Shown: positions 30,859-43,397, numbered from the stretch's first letter. The stretch: DNA of 64,000 nt from an uncultured Planctomycetaceae bacterium (GCA_963833985.1 CAWIAD010000002.1:1632001-1696000); one strand, 5' to 3'. Notes: generated by a model from the sequence alone, not told the origin. Program-made: numbers and translations.

Positions 30859-33769
30859 CTACCGGCTCGATTCCGCCCGTCGACGGGTGGATGGATCCGA
30901 GCCTGCGACGACCCTCCGCGGCTTCGCCCTCTCGCGAATCCAGTACTCCGTATCCGCTTCAAGCATCCCGTGCCGATCGATCTGGCCGGACGGCCAGCGC
31001 ACCTCGATGGACTCCACGCGCCGGGCGGATCCCAGGCCGATGTGGATTCGGGGATCGTTCGCCGACTGGTAGCTTCCACCACCGATGCGCTCGAACTCCC
31101 TCCGGCGGCCGTCGATCATGGCGCTGACCCGCGTGCCCACACCGTCCCGGTTCGAGCGGGTGCCCTCCAGGCAAAGTCTCACGAAGTGATCCACCCGTTC
31201 CGTCTGGTTGTGCAGGTACACCAGAGGCTCGCTCTGGTTCACAACCACGGCATCCAGCCGGCCGTCGTTGTCCAGGTCGCCCACCGCCAGGGCTCGACCG
31301 AGGTGCAGTGACCGGAACGGCTCACCTGCTGCGCCGGACACATCCCGCAGCAGACCTCCCTTGCGCCCGAGCATGAGCTGGAGGGGCATCTCCAGCGGGA
31401 TCCTGGGCCGGCCGTCGAGGACATGACCGTTGGTCACCAGCAGGTCCAGCCAGCCGTCATTGTTGACGTCCGGAAAGGCGATGCCGAAGCCCAGCAAGGG
31501 CCGGCTGGGCGCTTGCAGCCCGATCAGGGCCGTGTGGTCGGCGAACAGACCCTGCCCGAGGTTGCGGTAGAAGGTGGTGGATTCCCCGAAGAAGTTGGTC
31601 ACGGCGAGATCGAGCAATCCGTCGCCGTCGAGGTCGCCGCAGGCGATTCCCATACCCGACTTGTAAAGCCCATCGGAGCTGGCGGCCGCGCCGGAGACCT
31701 CGCCGGTTTCCTGGAAACGGAAGCCGTCCAGGTTGCGGAACAGGTAGTTCGCCGACATGTCGTTGGTGACATAGAGATCGATGCGGTTGTCGCCGTCCAG
31801 GTTGGCCGCAACCACGCCGAGCCCGCGTCCGTTCGGGTCCACGAAGCCCGCCTGGCCGGTCACGTCCACGAACCGGCCGCCGTCGTTGCGAAAGACATGG
31901 TCCGGCAGCGCGGGAAAATCACGCGGGAGACACTCGTGCTTCTGAGGTGCATCGGGGTTATTGCAAAGCTTGGGGCTTGCCGGGTCGAACTGGAGGTAAT
32001 GGCAGACATACAGGTCCAGGTCGCCATCGCCATCAAGGTCGGCGAAGGCCGCCGAGGTCGGCCAGTCGCGGTCGCCCGCCAGTCCGGCCGCCGCCGTCAC
32101 GTCCCGGAAACGGCCCCCGCCCGCGTTGTGCAGGAGCAGGTACGACCGCCAGCGCGTGACGAAGAGGTCGGGCCGCCCATCGTTGTCGAAATCGCCGACC
32201 GTCACTCCATTGCCGTAGCCCCCGGCCGAGGAGGCGATTCCGCTGCCGCGGCTCACATCCTCGAAGCTGCCGTCGCCGCGATTGTGATAGAGCCGGTCGC
32301 CGTTGCCTGGGGGCGAAGGGCCGGGAGGGAACGGCCCCCCCTGAACGGCATAGACGTCCAGCCAGCCGTCACCGTCGAAGTCGAGCAGGGCCACGCCGCC
32401 GGACATGGTCACGGGCGGGGCCAGGTACTTCCCCGAGCCGCCCTTCTCATGGACGAAGTTCAGACCCGCCGGCGCGGCGTCGTCACGGAACGCGACCGCC
32501 GGCTCCGGGGCCGGCGCCGGGGCCGAGGCAGAGACGGATCCAACCTCGGAGCCGGCATCGGCCAGAAGGTCATGGATCAGCGGCTCGAGCAACCGCGACC
32601 GATTCCCCGAGTTCCGCACCAAGGCCAGGTCTTCCGAGAGCCCTTCCGCATCGCTCCGGCCGGCCAGGATGAGCGACCATCCGCGTGCCTCCAGACTGCG
32701 GCCCAGCGCCCCGGCCAGCCTGGCCAGCTCGGCGCCATGCTGGTCGCGGTCGTCGCGCATGATCGAGCTCTGCGTAGCGCGCACGAAGATGGCTCATCTC
32801 GGCTTGCTGCTTGCGGCAAGCCGAGGCCTCGACGGGCTCCCCGGCAGCCTGCGCCAGCTCGGCCAGGCGGGCCCAGCCCAGGGTGTATCCCGGCTCGGCC
32901 GCCACCAGCTCCAGCAGACTGTGCCGCTCGGCATCCGCACCGCGCCGGGCGGCGAACCAGGCCCGCAGCCGCAGGACATCGGCCTGCAACATCCAGCTCG
33001 TATCGAGATGCTCGGCCGCACTCCGGGCCGCCTGGGCGTCTCCGCAGGCCAGGGCCAGCGTCAGCCGCGCCTGCCAGACGGCCGGGTCGGCGGGCCGGCT
33101 GCGCTCGCAGGAATCGAGCCAGGACCGGGCCTCGTCATACTGACCGCGCCAGGTTGCCAGGTTTGCCCGGCCCAGCCAGACACGGTCATCATTCGCATCA
33201 CCATGGGCCAGCGCGTTCTTGACGTAATCTAGCGGAAACGGCCCATCCTCGAGCATGAACAGCTTCGAGAGCACCTCGGAGGGACTGGCCGCGCCGGGCC
33301 ACGATTCCACGATCAGTGCGCGTGCTTCCGCGTCACGCCCCTCAACGCGGAGCAAGAGCTCAAGCTGGTGCCGCACATGTCCGGAGTAGGCACCGCGGTC
33401 GCGGGGCAGCGTCCGCAGCAGGTCCTCGGCCTGCGCGAACTTCCCGGAATTCATGAGGACGAGCACGCGCCCGATGGCCGACTTGATGAACAGAGGCGAG
33501 CTGGTTTCGATGCGCGACCAGACATTCAAGGCCGCGGCCCCGTGGCCCAGTTTCTCCTCGCACAGGCCGAGCTGGTACGCGGCCTCGGCCGATGCCGGTT
33601 TCCGCTTCGCAAGCTCGAGGAAGTGCTGCCGGGCCAGGTGGTAGCGGCCGTTCTCCAGCTCTTTCTCGGCCTGTGCCAGGTCGCGGCGGAACCGGCGCTC
33701 CTGGGCCCAGTACCAGCCCGCCGAGAGAGCCGCGGCGAGGCCGAGCAGCAGGACGAGCGATCTGGTCAT
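30859..33769 (-). CDS. TPR + FG-GAP/CRTAC1 + ASPIC/UnbV protein, apparent frameshift near 32775
   Basis: N-terminal TM and TPRs; DFDGDGWLD, DFDNDGRPD, DLDGDGDLD repeats; SNRDGVG, GGGSYQS, IHIGLG, VRWPSG. Confidence 0.9.
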
Positions 33770-33904
33770 GGAGAGCGCGGGCAAGGAACGCACCTCGAAG
33801 CCGGCCACAAGCTGTGCTGGAAGCGCTTCCCAATCTATCATCTTCGCGCGGCCTGAGCACTGCGTGAAACGCAGTCCGGGGTACGCGGACCAGCGCCCAT
33901 GGCC

Positions 33905-35626
33905 CAATACCGTTGAAATAGCGTTAACGAAAAGGGGCAAGAGGCTTGCGACAGACTTGTTCCCACGCTCCGCGCTTGTCATTCCCGAGAATTTGTTAAC
34001 ATGGTTGGCTGAATCCTACCAGCATGCTCATGGATGGAACCAACTATGTTCACAGGGATGTCAGTCCACCAGTCCCCGCCCGCCCAATGGGCTCGGATGC
34101 AGTTCGACGGGATCAGGCTCGGCCATTGCACCAGGAGGAATCGCCTCATGGCGTTTGCGGAGGCCCTCGCTGAGCAACCCGGGAAGATGATCCCCGAGTT
34201 GTTCACCCGCAAGTACGACATCAACGCGACCTATGACCTCCTCGACGAACGCGAGGTGGTCCCCGATGCGATCCAGGCGACTCACCGCCGACTGGTGATG
34301 GCCGAACTCCGCAAACCGGGGCGATATCTCCTCATCGAAGACACCACGTTTCCCTCGTTCTCTCATCGCAAGCAGCCAATGCCCGGGCTTGGGCCGATTG
34401 GTGACTCGGAGCCGGGACAGCAGGGCTTTCTCCTCCACTCCATCCTTGCGATGCGTGCCGACTCGTCGCCCGTACCTGATGCGAGCGGTCGTCGGCCCCC
34501 GGTCACGATCCTGGGGCTCGCCGACCAGCAATACCTCATCCGCATCCCGCGGGATCCCGACACGCCGAAACAGGCCGGATCGCGGCAACGGCAGATCCGG
34601 GATCGGGAGTCGGATCGCTGGCTCGAGTCGGGCAAGCGGATTGGCCCGGCGCCAGAGAACCCGGAGGTCCGCTGGGTGCGCGTCGCCGATCGAGAGGCAG
34701 ATATTCATGAGTACATGGAGTCCTGTCGCGCGGCAGGCCACGGTTTCGTGATCCGGGTCAGTCAAAATCGCATTCTGCTCAATCCGGCCGATGGTAAGCG
34801 GCTCGGGCTGGTCTTCGACCACATCGTGGGCGTGGCGCCCGTGGGGGGAATGTATCTGGACCTGCGTGGCCGCGATGGTAAGGCCGCGCAGCGCGCGAAG
34901 CTCCTGATCAGTTGTGGTCCGGTGCGCGTGCGGGCACCCGAGCGTGCGGGCCGCGCGGCCGGCACGGGCGAGCCGATCGACGGCTGGTTCGTGCGGGTCT
35001 GGGAGCAAGACCCGCCTGAAGGCGTCGCGCCGCTGGAATGGGTGCTCTACACGGACAGCCCGACGGAGAGCTTCAGCGCTGCGATCATGGTGGTGATGGA
35101 CTACGGCACACGCTTTCTGATCGAGGAGTTTCACAAGGGCCTCAAGACGGGCATGAAGGCTGAGGATTTGCAGCTGGAGCGGGGCAACCGATTGTTCGCT
35201 GCGATCGCCGTGATGAGCGTGGTGGCGCTTCGGCTGCTGGATCTGCGCGAGCTCGGCAAGGGCTTCCCGGGAGCTCCCGCGGCAAGCACTGGCCTGGAGG
35301 AGCCCGAGCTGGAGGTGCTCGGTCTGGCGGTCGAGCGTGAACTCAAGACCGTGGCAGACGTGTTGCTTGCCCTGGGGCGGCTCGGTGGGCATATGAACCG
35401 GCGACGAGACGGGATGCCCGGCTGGATCACGCTCTGGCGCGGCATGAAGGTGCTCCGGCTCCTCGTAAGGGGAGCAAAGCTTGAGCGCGCGAGAATCAAT
35501 GCACATGTACACCACTAATTGAATACGCATGCATGCAGTTTTCCGGGAATGACAAGCGCAGAGCGCGGGAACAAGTCTGTCGCAAACCTCTTACCCCTTG
35601 TTGTTAACGCTATTTCAACGGTATTG
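33905..35626 (+). mobile_element. Nested element copy 1: IS4-family (Tn5-like) core 33975..35556 inside 70-bp MITE/REP arms
   Basis: Outer ends CAATACCGTTGAAATAGCG; inner 13-bp IR CTTGTCATTCCCG; near-identical inverted copy at 53024..54738. Confidence 0.93.
34034..35518 (+). CDS. IS4-family (IS50/Tn5-like) DDE transposase
   Basis: LLIEDTT, RVADREADI, Y..R..IEEFHKGLKTG, LGRLGGH...DGMPGWITLWRG. Confidence 0.95.
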   Translation: MEPTMFTGMSVHQSPPAQWARMQFDGIRLGHCTRRNRLMAFAEALAEQPGKMIPELFTRKYDINATYDLLDEREVVPDAIQATHRRLVMAELRKPGRYLLIEDTTFPSFSHRKQPMPGLGPIGDSEPGQQGFLLHSILAMRADSSPVPDASGRRPPVTILGLADQQYLIRIPRDPDTPKQAGSRQRQIRDRESDRWLESGKRIGPAPENPEVRWVRVADREADIHEYMESCRAAGHGFVIRVSQNRILLNPADGKRLGLVFDHIVGVAPVGGMYLDLRGRDGKAAQRAKLLISCGPVRVRAPERAGRAAGTGEPIDGWFVRVWEQDPPEGVAPLEWVLYTDSPTESFSAAIMVVMDYGTRFLIEEFHKGLKTGMKAEDLQLERGNRLFAAIAVMSVVALRLLDLRELGKGFPGAPAASTGLEEPELEVLGLAVERELKTVADVLLALGRLGGHMNRRRDGMPGWITLWRGMKVLRLLVRGAKLERARINAHVHH

Positions 35627-35684
35627 ATCGTACACCCGGAACCCGCCCGCCGCGACTCCCGCGAAGGTATTGTGTGCTCAAGGT

Positions 35685-37069
35685 TCAGCGACCGGCGGCC
35701 TGGCCGGGGAAGCCTGAGGCCGGGCGAGAGAAGCTTGAGGCCGGGCCGCTCGCGGCCGTTACGGACGCGTCGGCGCGGCTGCCGTGGGCGGCGAAGAATG
35801 CGATCGCGCGGGGAATGCCGTCGCGAATCATGGGATCGTAGTGGCCGCCCGCCGGTACCCACTCCACCGTCACTTCCTTCCCCGCGCTCTGGAGCGCGGA
35901 GGCAAACGCCTGGGTCTCGCTCACCGGGATGATCGGGTCGTCCTTGGCCTGGAAGAGCAGGACCGGGCACTTCATCGCGCCGGCGTGCTGCGCAGGATTG
36001 TACGTGGTGAGGATCTCGGCGGCGGCAGGAATGACCTGGCCGATCACCGTCCGGGCCATCGCGCTGAAGTTCCCCGTGGTATCGGAGCGCGGGGAGAACG
36101 CCGCGCAGGCCTTGATCCGCGCGTCGTTCTCGGCCAGCAAGAGTGCCATGGTTCCCGCCGAGCTGTGACCGGCGGTGTAAAGGCGACTCGGGGTCGATCT
36201 CGGGGAAGTTCTTGAGCGTCCAGTCGATGGCGGCCCTGGCGTTGGCCAGGCCCGCTCGCGCGGCGACGAATTGCGCAGGCTGGCGGCAGCCGCGGGTCGG
36301 AGAGCTGGTTCACACCGTCAACGTGGCCATCCAGCGAGTACGACACCACGGCATGGCCCGCGGCGACGTAGGGGAAGTGCTCGGCGCGGTCGCCGTCACC
36401 GAGGTCCATCCCGGTGAGGATGATGCTCCCCGCCGGCGCCACAATGACGCACGGGAGCGATCGGGGTGGATGGGTGCCATCGGGAAGGTACACCCAGACC
36501 GTCATATTCATGGTCGCCACATCCTGCCGCCCGGAGGCGCGGACCTGGAAGACGCGAATGCCGGGCCGGATGACCTGTCCCGCGTCGCGTTCCGGGAACG
36601 GGGGCGGGCCGGCCGGTGCCGAGATGACGGCTTGAGGTATGATTGGTGGCGGAACTCCCTGGTCCCCCGCGGGGTTCGCCTGGTTTCCGCGATTCAACCG
36701 CAGCACCACGCGCAGGACAATCATGGCGAGCACGAAGGCACCCCATGAGAGTCCCTTCCGGCTGGTGCCGGAGCCCCCTGCCGCCTTCGCTTTCGCGCGT
36801 CTCTTCACCTCGGCCTTCGTCTTCGGCCCGCTCGCGCCGGGCCCGGCCGCCGGGACAGGCGCACGCGGAGGAAGCATCGGCGCTGGCTCCGACAGCCCGT
36901 ACACGTCCTCGAGCGCACTGACCTCTTCGACTTCCTCGGGCTCCTCGGAGGCCAGCGCAGGCACCTTGATCGCCGCGCCGCAGTGCTTGCAGCGAACGGT
37001 CTTGCCCGCGAACTTCTCCGCCGCCTGGAAACGCTGGCCGCACTGGGTACAACTGAAGGAGATGCTCAT
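35685..37069 (-). CDS. Zinc-ribbon + TM + alpha/beta hydrolase protein, frameshifts near 36190-36270
   Basis: CTQC...CKHC N-terminus, TM, AGHSSAG nucleophile region, DDPII, GGHYD. Confidence 0.78.
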
Positions 37070-37241
37070 CTTTCTACAGGCCCGAAGGGACTTGCGTATG
37101 ACGTCAGGAAGACGATGAGCCTGGAATCATGCACGGTGGTGTGGACGCCGTCAAGAGGTTGCACGGCAACCGGAATGGCGATGTCGAATCAGAGCCACAG
37201 CCGTTGCCGCACCCCCGGCCGGGGTGCGAGTGCACCTGGAG

Positions 37242-40200
37242 TCAACGCGCGGGGCGGAACCTCCAGTCAACGTGGCCAGCGTAGGCAAATGTCTCATCAA
37301 CCAGGGCGAAGAGATCCGGGTCGTGTTCCTTGAGCGCTGCGCGGCCTGCGATCGGGTGTGACGAGCCGGGCGGAGCGGCTTCCTGGCCCATGGCGTCGAA
37401 GTAGGCCAGCACGCCGCTGGCCCAGTATTCCTCGGGGTCGCGCGCCGCGGTGGTCCCCTGCCATTTTCCGGACGCGATGGCCTGCCGGTAGAGCTGAGCG
37501 ACCGTTGCACCAAACCGGACATCGAGCCGCTTGACTCGCAGCTCGTATTGCTGAACGGCCCAGCCGCGATGGTCCCAGTTGGGGTCGACGGGGCGGCTGC
37601 CCGTGACGGCGAGTGCGGCACGGGCAAGCAGGCGGATCACCTGATTCGATCCGACTCCCGGCTCCGCGTGATCTCCGAGCACGTTCTGCTGGTCCACGAC
37701 GACCGTCTTCGTCTCGGGCGTGTACTCGAGGAACCGCACCAGGGGATCGATTGGCTTGCTGCGGAAGTCGCGGTACTCGGGCAGCTCGTCAATCCGCTCT
37801 CCCGGGGCAAGGACCACGAGCTTGACGCCCGCGGCGATGAGCGCCTTGAGGATGTCGTGCCGGTAGGCGAACAGCTTGCGGACGGTGTCATTGGCCTTGA
37901 GCATGGCCTCGTCGCTGGCGCCCCGGCCCACGACCGGAAACTCGCGGGCCCAGGTGAAGCGGGTGTAGAACGGGTCGATTCCCAGTTTCGCCGGAGGCGC
38001 GGCGACGTTCGGCAGCTTCTGCACCCAGCGGTAGCGCCAGTCGTGTTCAGGATCGAGGTTGAAGGTCGTGCGGGCAAGCTCGTAGCCTTCCGGGTCGTAA
38101 AGCTTGAGCTGCTCGCGCGTGCCGACGGGGCCGTGGTTCCAGTTGTTCACCCGGTTGCAGTCGAAGTACGACTGAACGATCTCGGCCCAGTATTCGCCGG
38201 GGTTGCCGGCGGCATAGGCGCCGCGGTACCGGCCCTTCGCGATCGCGTTTTTGTAGACGGACCGGAGCCGGCCGCTCCACGCCGGGTCCATGCCACGCAG
38301 CGTGCCATCGATCGTGTGCGAGAACTCGTGAACGGCGATGCTCTCGTCGTCATAGCGGTCGAGCGGCAGCGAGAGCACGTTCTCCTCGCCGAAGCTGGTG
38401 GGCCGGCCGCCGGTCCCGCGCACCCGTTCGTTCTGGTAGGCAGGGTTGGGATGGTGCCGGTACTCGGGCATGTCCGTGTAAACCTGGTCCTTGCCGATGA
38501 CGATCAGGTACATCTGCGCTTGACCATCGCGCGGATGACGTCGGGCCGGCCGGCCAGCATCGAGTGGACGATCTCCCGGGTACGCTCGAGCGCGCGGTCG
38601 GCGACCTCGGCCGCGGCCGCCACGGGCATGCCGTCGACCTCGAGATACTTCCTGTAGAATGCGCGGGCCGCCTCCCGGTCGCCGGCGGGAACCATCGCGA
38701 AAAACGAATCCGGCGGTGGCGTCACGGCCGCGCCGCTGCTGGTGGACTCTCCACGTGCCGTGTCGACGCGGACGGCCGGCGCGGAGGGCTGTGTCGGCGC
38801 ATTGCGATCGGGGGGTTCCTCGTGGAGCAGGTGCCGGACGAAGAAGTCCTGCATCCGCCGCGTGCCGTAGGCGCCGCCGATGCCGTGGTTGGCGTTCGGC
38901 ACGACAACCAGGTCGAAGTCCTTGCCGGCGCGGATCAGGGCGTCGGCCAGGCGGAGGGTGGACTCGGGGGGCACGTTGGTGTCCATCTCGCCGACGATGA
39001 GCAGCAGCTTGCCGCGCAGCCGCCGGGCGTTGTCGATGTTGGAAGACTCGGCATACCAGGGGCCGACGGGGTATCCCATCCACTGCTCGTTCCATGAGGC
39101 CTTGTCCATGCGGTTATCGTGGCAGCCGCAGGCGGCAGCGGCCACCTTGTAGAAATCGGGATAGAACAGCACCGCGCCGGCGGCGTTCTGTCCGCCCGCG
39201 GAGACGCCGTAGACTCCCAGTCGATCGAGGTCGTAGTAGGGGTATCTGGCTGCGACCGCCCTGTGCCAGAGGATGCGGTCGGGGAAGCCGGCATCCTTCA
39301 AATTGTGCCAGCAGACGTCGTGGAACGCCTTCGACCGGTTGGCCGTTCCCATGCCGTCGATCTGGACGACGATGAAGCCCAGGTCCGTGAGCGTCGAGTA
39401 ACGATTGAAGGGGCTGAAGGTCTTGGGCACGTAGGAGTCTTGCGGACCGGCATAGATGGACTCCACGACCGGATAGCGGCGGGACGGGTCGAGATGCCGC
39501 GGCCGGGCGATCACGCCGTAAATCTCGGTCTTGCCGTCCCGGCCCCGGGCGCTGATCGGTTCCAGGGGCTGCCAGCCGCTCGACCGCAGCCGCGTGATGT
39601 CGGCCTCTTCGAGCTTGCAGACGAGGCCGCCATCGGAGCACCGGCGCAGCTCGTGGACCGGCGGCACATCGACGCGGCTGTACGTGTCGATGAGGTACGA
39701 GCGGTCGGGCGAGAACTGCACCGAGTGGCTGCCGTTGCCCGCGGTGAGCGCGACCAGCCCGGTGCCGTCGAGGTTGACGCGGTAGAAGTGCACGAAGTAA
39801 GGGTCCTGGCCGGGATTCTTGCCTCCCGCGTGGAACCAGACCTGGCGCTTCTCCTCGTCAATGAAATCGATGCCTCGCACGACGTACTCGCCCCGGGTGA
39901 TCGCATTCTTGACCTCGCCCTTGCGGGCGTCGATGAGGTAGAGGTGACGCCAGCCGTCGCGCTCCGATGCGTAGAGGATCTCCGGGGACCCGTCGAGATA
40001 GTTGACGGGCCTGAGGTCGACGTTCTCGGCGTGGGCCGTCCAGATGAACGTCCTGGTCTGCTCGTCGATCAGGTTGCGGGCCTTGCCGGTGTGCGCATCG
40101 ACCTCGATCACCCGCAGTCTCTGATGGCCGCGGTCGATCTTCTCGTAGGTGAACCGGCTGCCGTCCTTGCTCCAGCGCAGCCGCGGCTCGTCGTAATCGA

Positions 40201-41150
40201 CGCGTTCCACCTCGGGTTTGGTCTGCTTTCGTGAGCCGATGTCGAAGAGGTTCAGCTCGTAGGCCGCGAACCGGTCGCCCGGCAAGTCGTAGGGCCGGGT
40301 TCGCAAGCGGGCTCGGCCCCCGCCAGAAGGAGAGGACTGGATCAGGTAGACGTCCTTGTGATCGCCGGGCTCGATACGATGGGCCGCCAGCAGCTTCGAG
40401 TTCGGAGACCAGGACAGCCTGCCGTACGAGAGCTTCTCCTGGCCGTCATGGCTCAGCGCCACCGCCTGCGAATCCGCCTGGTCTGTTGCGCAGCATGACG
40501 TTGTGGTCCTTCACGAACGCCATCCACTTGCCGTCGGGGGAGTGGCGCGCCTCAGCGCCCGCATCTCCCGCCTCGCCAGAGAACCGAGAACGCCGCCGGG
40601 GACTCGCGGGAGCCTCCACCGGAGCATCACCCGCAGCGCCCCTGGTACATTCGTAGCTCGACAGGTCGCACTTCCAGACGGTGTCGTCGATCTTGAACCG
40701 GAGCGTCTTGCCGTCATCTCCGAACGCGATGAGGTCGAACGGCAGGCGCTTGGCGGCCACCGCACGTCCGAGCGCCTTCGTCGAGCGCGGTGGCCAGCCG
40801 CGCGTGATCGAATGCCGGGCGCGAAGTCCCCGCGGCGCGTCGACGACGATGAACTCGCGGGCTTCGCCGGCCAGGTCGTTGAGATACCAGAAGCGCGCGT
40901 TGCCGGCAAACCAGTGGGGTCGGATCTGATCCTTATCAACGAGCCGCGGCCCTGAACCCTGCGCCCGCCGCGCCTGCGGTGCATCTTGCGGCGCGAACCA
41001 GGGGTCGCCGGGCGGCGGATCCAGGCCCGGGGATTCCACGGGTGCCGTGGCGGCAGCGCCAGCGCTCGTGGTATCGTCCGCGAGAGCGCCGTGGTATGCG
41101 GTGACCAATGGAAGCGATGCCAGGAATACGGCAAGCCAGAACCGGATCAT
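37242..41150 (-). CDS. Secreted DPP-IV/S9 peptidase fused to C-terminal zincin-like domains, several frameshifts
   Basis: Signal peptide, propeller (SERDGWRHLY), IYAGP, DGMGT, GVSAGG, DTNV, NHG; then HEFSH...EYWAE. Confidence 0.82.
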
Positions 41151-41440
41151 GGAACTCTCCCGGAGAACGCGAAACGACGGCGGCCCGCTCCGCGGACAAT
41201 CGAGACGCTACGGCGAAGCGCGCCTGGTTTGTTCCGAGAGTAACAGATTTCGGGCCGTCCGTTAGTCCTCACCCGGCGCGCGGATGCCGGCCGGACAACG
41301 GCGGCTGAGCAGCCGGGTCCAGTCGCCGCGGGTTTGTCTCAATAAAGCCGGTTGCCGCACGAATCGATTGTCGCGGAAGGCGGCATCCCCACTCGCGATC
41401 AGACCGCAAGACCGGACCATCCGGACCAGGAGAGACTCCA

Positions 41441-42154
41441 GTGCGCTACCAGATCCACTATCAACCCTCTTTCAGCATGGCGGTCGTGTCGCTGGAGAGG
41501 GGTGAGCAGATCATGGCCGAGTCCGGAGCCATGGTGAGCATGTCGCCGACGATCCGGATTCAGGCGGCGATGTCGGGTGGCGGGCTGCTTGGCGCCTTCA
41601 AGAGTGCGGTCGGTGGAGAGTCGATCTTCCGGACGACCTTCACGGCCGAGGATGGCCCTGGCGAGATCGCCCTCGCTCCCGCGGCTCTCGGCGACATCAT
41701 GGCGGTCGAGGTGGCCGGCTCGCGCTACTTTGTCCAGCCAGGCAGCTACCTGGCAGGCGACCCCGGCCTGACCTTGAGCGTTCAGGGCACGATGCGGGGC
41801 ATGCTCTCCGGCGAGGGTCTCTTCCTGCTGACCGTGGACGGCAGCGGCCTGCTGCTACTCTCTTCGTTCGGAGCCATCCACACGAAAACCCTGGCTCCGG
41901 GCGAGGAGTATATTGTCGATACCGGGCACATCGTCGCCTTCGAGGGCTCGGTCGGCTACCGTCTCGAGAAGGCGACCGGAAAAAGCCAGGGAGTCGGGGG
42001 CTTCCTCAAGGGGATGGTCCAGTCCGCGCTTTCCGGCGAAGGGTTCGTCTGCCGCTATCGTGGTCCTGGCAAGATCTACATCCAGACGCGGCAGTTGCCC
42101 GGTTTCGCCCGCCAGCTCATTCCGTTCCTTCCGCGGCCGAGCTCCGGAGGATGA
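41441..42154 (+). CDS. TIGR00266/AIM24 family protein
   Basis: AESGAMVSM, GGESIF, SGEGLF, VDTGHIVAF, SGEGFVCRYRGPG.IYIQTR. Confidence 0.92.
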   Translation: MRYQIHYQPSFSMAVVSLERGEQIMAESGAMVSMSPTIRIQAAMSGGGLLGAFKSAVGGESIFRTTFTAEDGPGEIALAPAALGDIMAVEVAGSRYFVQPGSYLAGDPGLTLSVQGTMRGMLSGEGLFLLTVDGSGLLLLSSFGAIHTKTLAPGEEYIVDTGHIVAFEGSVGYRLEKATGKSQGVGGFLKGMVQSALSGEGFVCRYRGPGKIYIQTRQLPGFARQLIPFLPRPSSGG

Positions 42155-42166
42155 GCAGACGGATCG

Positions 42167-43024
42167 TCAGGCGCGCCTCGGCTCGGAGTCGGCTGCGGAC
42201 GCGAAGCCGAGTGCGGCCAGGCGGGCCACCACCTGGGCGTACAGCTCCGGGATCGGCGGGCAGAGCGAGCCGGGCGCGGGGGTCATCCAGTTCATCTGGC
42301 GTAGGTGATCGGTCGGCCACGAGGGCAACGGCGTGCCGAAGGCGAGCGCGGAAGCGACCGACACGAGACCGTCGTTGGGTCCTTCCAGCTCGCTCAGCAT
42401 GGCGTGCAGGCGATGCAGGGGCCATGTGACTTCCGCGGCCGGTGGATCGCCAGCCAGGCTGAAGCAAGGAAGATCGCCGATCTCCCCTTGCAGGCGATGA
42501 AACCGCCGGGCCGACTGCCTGGTGATATCCAGGAAGCCCCGGGGATCCAGCCTCAAGAGCTCCAGCAGGCGGTACACACGGCCGACCCGCAGCTTGGCGA
42601 AATCGGCCAGATGCGTGCCCAGGTGCGGCGTGCCAATGGTCGTCAAGCTGAGCACGCGCTTCCGCCAGTAGGGGTCGGCAAGCAGCAGGCGGGCATCGAG
42701 GCCGCCCATGCTGTGGCCGATGATGTGAACCGGCTCGTCCGGATAGGCGCGGCGGATGCGGTCGCCCAGCCGCCGGGCCCGGAACTCCACGCCGGCGATG
42801 GGATGAACCCGCGTCACCAGCACGCGGTTGCCGGCCGCCCGCAGGTAATCCGGAATCCCCCGGAAGTACGACGTGAGCGTGAGCGGCCCCAGGCCGATGC
42901 GCGAGAAGCCGAAGAGACCGTGTGCCAGCACGAGCGGGGCATGCAGCCGTGCAACCGGGGAAGGCGGTTCGCAGGCGATGTACGACGACGCGGATGCCAT
43001 GGGACTGCCAGGGATGAACTGCAT
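42167..43024 (-). CDS. Triacylglycerol lipase-like alpha/beta hydrolase
   Basis: VLAHGLFGF, HIIGHSMGGLDAR, TTIGTPHLG, NDGLVSV, DH. Confidence 0.9.
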   Translation of the reverse strand: MQFIPGSPMASASSYIACEPPSPVARLHAPLVLAHGLFGFSRIGLGPLTLTSYFRGIPDYLRAAGNRVLVTRVHPIAGVEFRARRLGDRIRRAYPDEPVHIIGHSMGGLDARLLLADPYWRKRVLSLTTIGTPHLGTHLADFAKLRVGRVYRLLELLRLDPRGFLDITRQSARRFHRLQGEIGDLPCFSLAGDPPAAEVTWPLHRLHAMLSELEGPNDGLVSVASALAFGTPLPSWPTDHLRQMNWMTPAPGSLCPPIPELYAQVVARLAALGFASAADSEPRRA

Positions 43025-43085
43025 TCGGCCGGCTCAAGAAAGCTCTATGAATCGATAGAGACAGTATAGACTATGGGTCAGTGGG

Positions 43086-43397
43086 GTGCGTCGTGATTCG
43101 CGTCACGGAAGGGGGAGTGATGCAGGTCCGAGGAATCGTGCAGGCGCCGAGCTGATGGAGAACCCTCCCGGCAGCGATCGGATCGAGATGGTTCTCTGGG
43201 GTCAAGGAGTGGGCCCGAACAAGCCGCGGAGCATCGTCGTGCCCTATGAACTGCTGCTCACCGACACGTCGCTCGAGCCGGAACGCGTTCAGGGGCACGG
43301 CTTCGAGGCGGAGGTCGAACAGGAAGAGAGTGGGCGCTGGATCGCGCGGGAGATTGGCTTTGCCTCCGGACGGGTGCTCCGCCTAGGCGACGGGTAG
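43086..43397 (+). CDS. Hypothetical protein, 5' end uncertain
   Basis: Protein-like C-terminal half (QGVGPNKPRSIVVPYELLL). Confidence 0.5.
   Translation: MRRDSRHGRGSDAGPRNRAGAELMENPPGSDRIEMVLWGQGVGPNKPRSIVVPYELLLTDTSLEPERVQGHGFEAEVEQEESGRWIAREIGFASGRVLRLGDG

Noticed and set aside
33905..35626. A simple IS with unusually long ~83-bp terminal inverted repeats
   Set aside because: Swapped TSDs and unrelated alpha/beta middle segments are better explained by hybrid ends after inversion; disfavoured, not fully excluded
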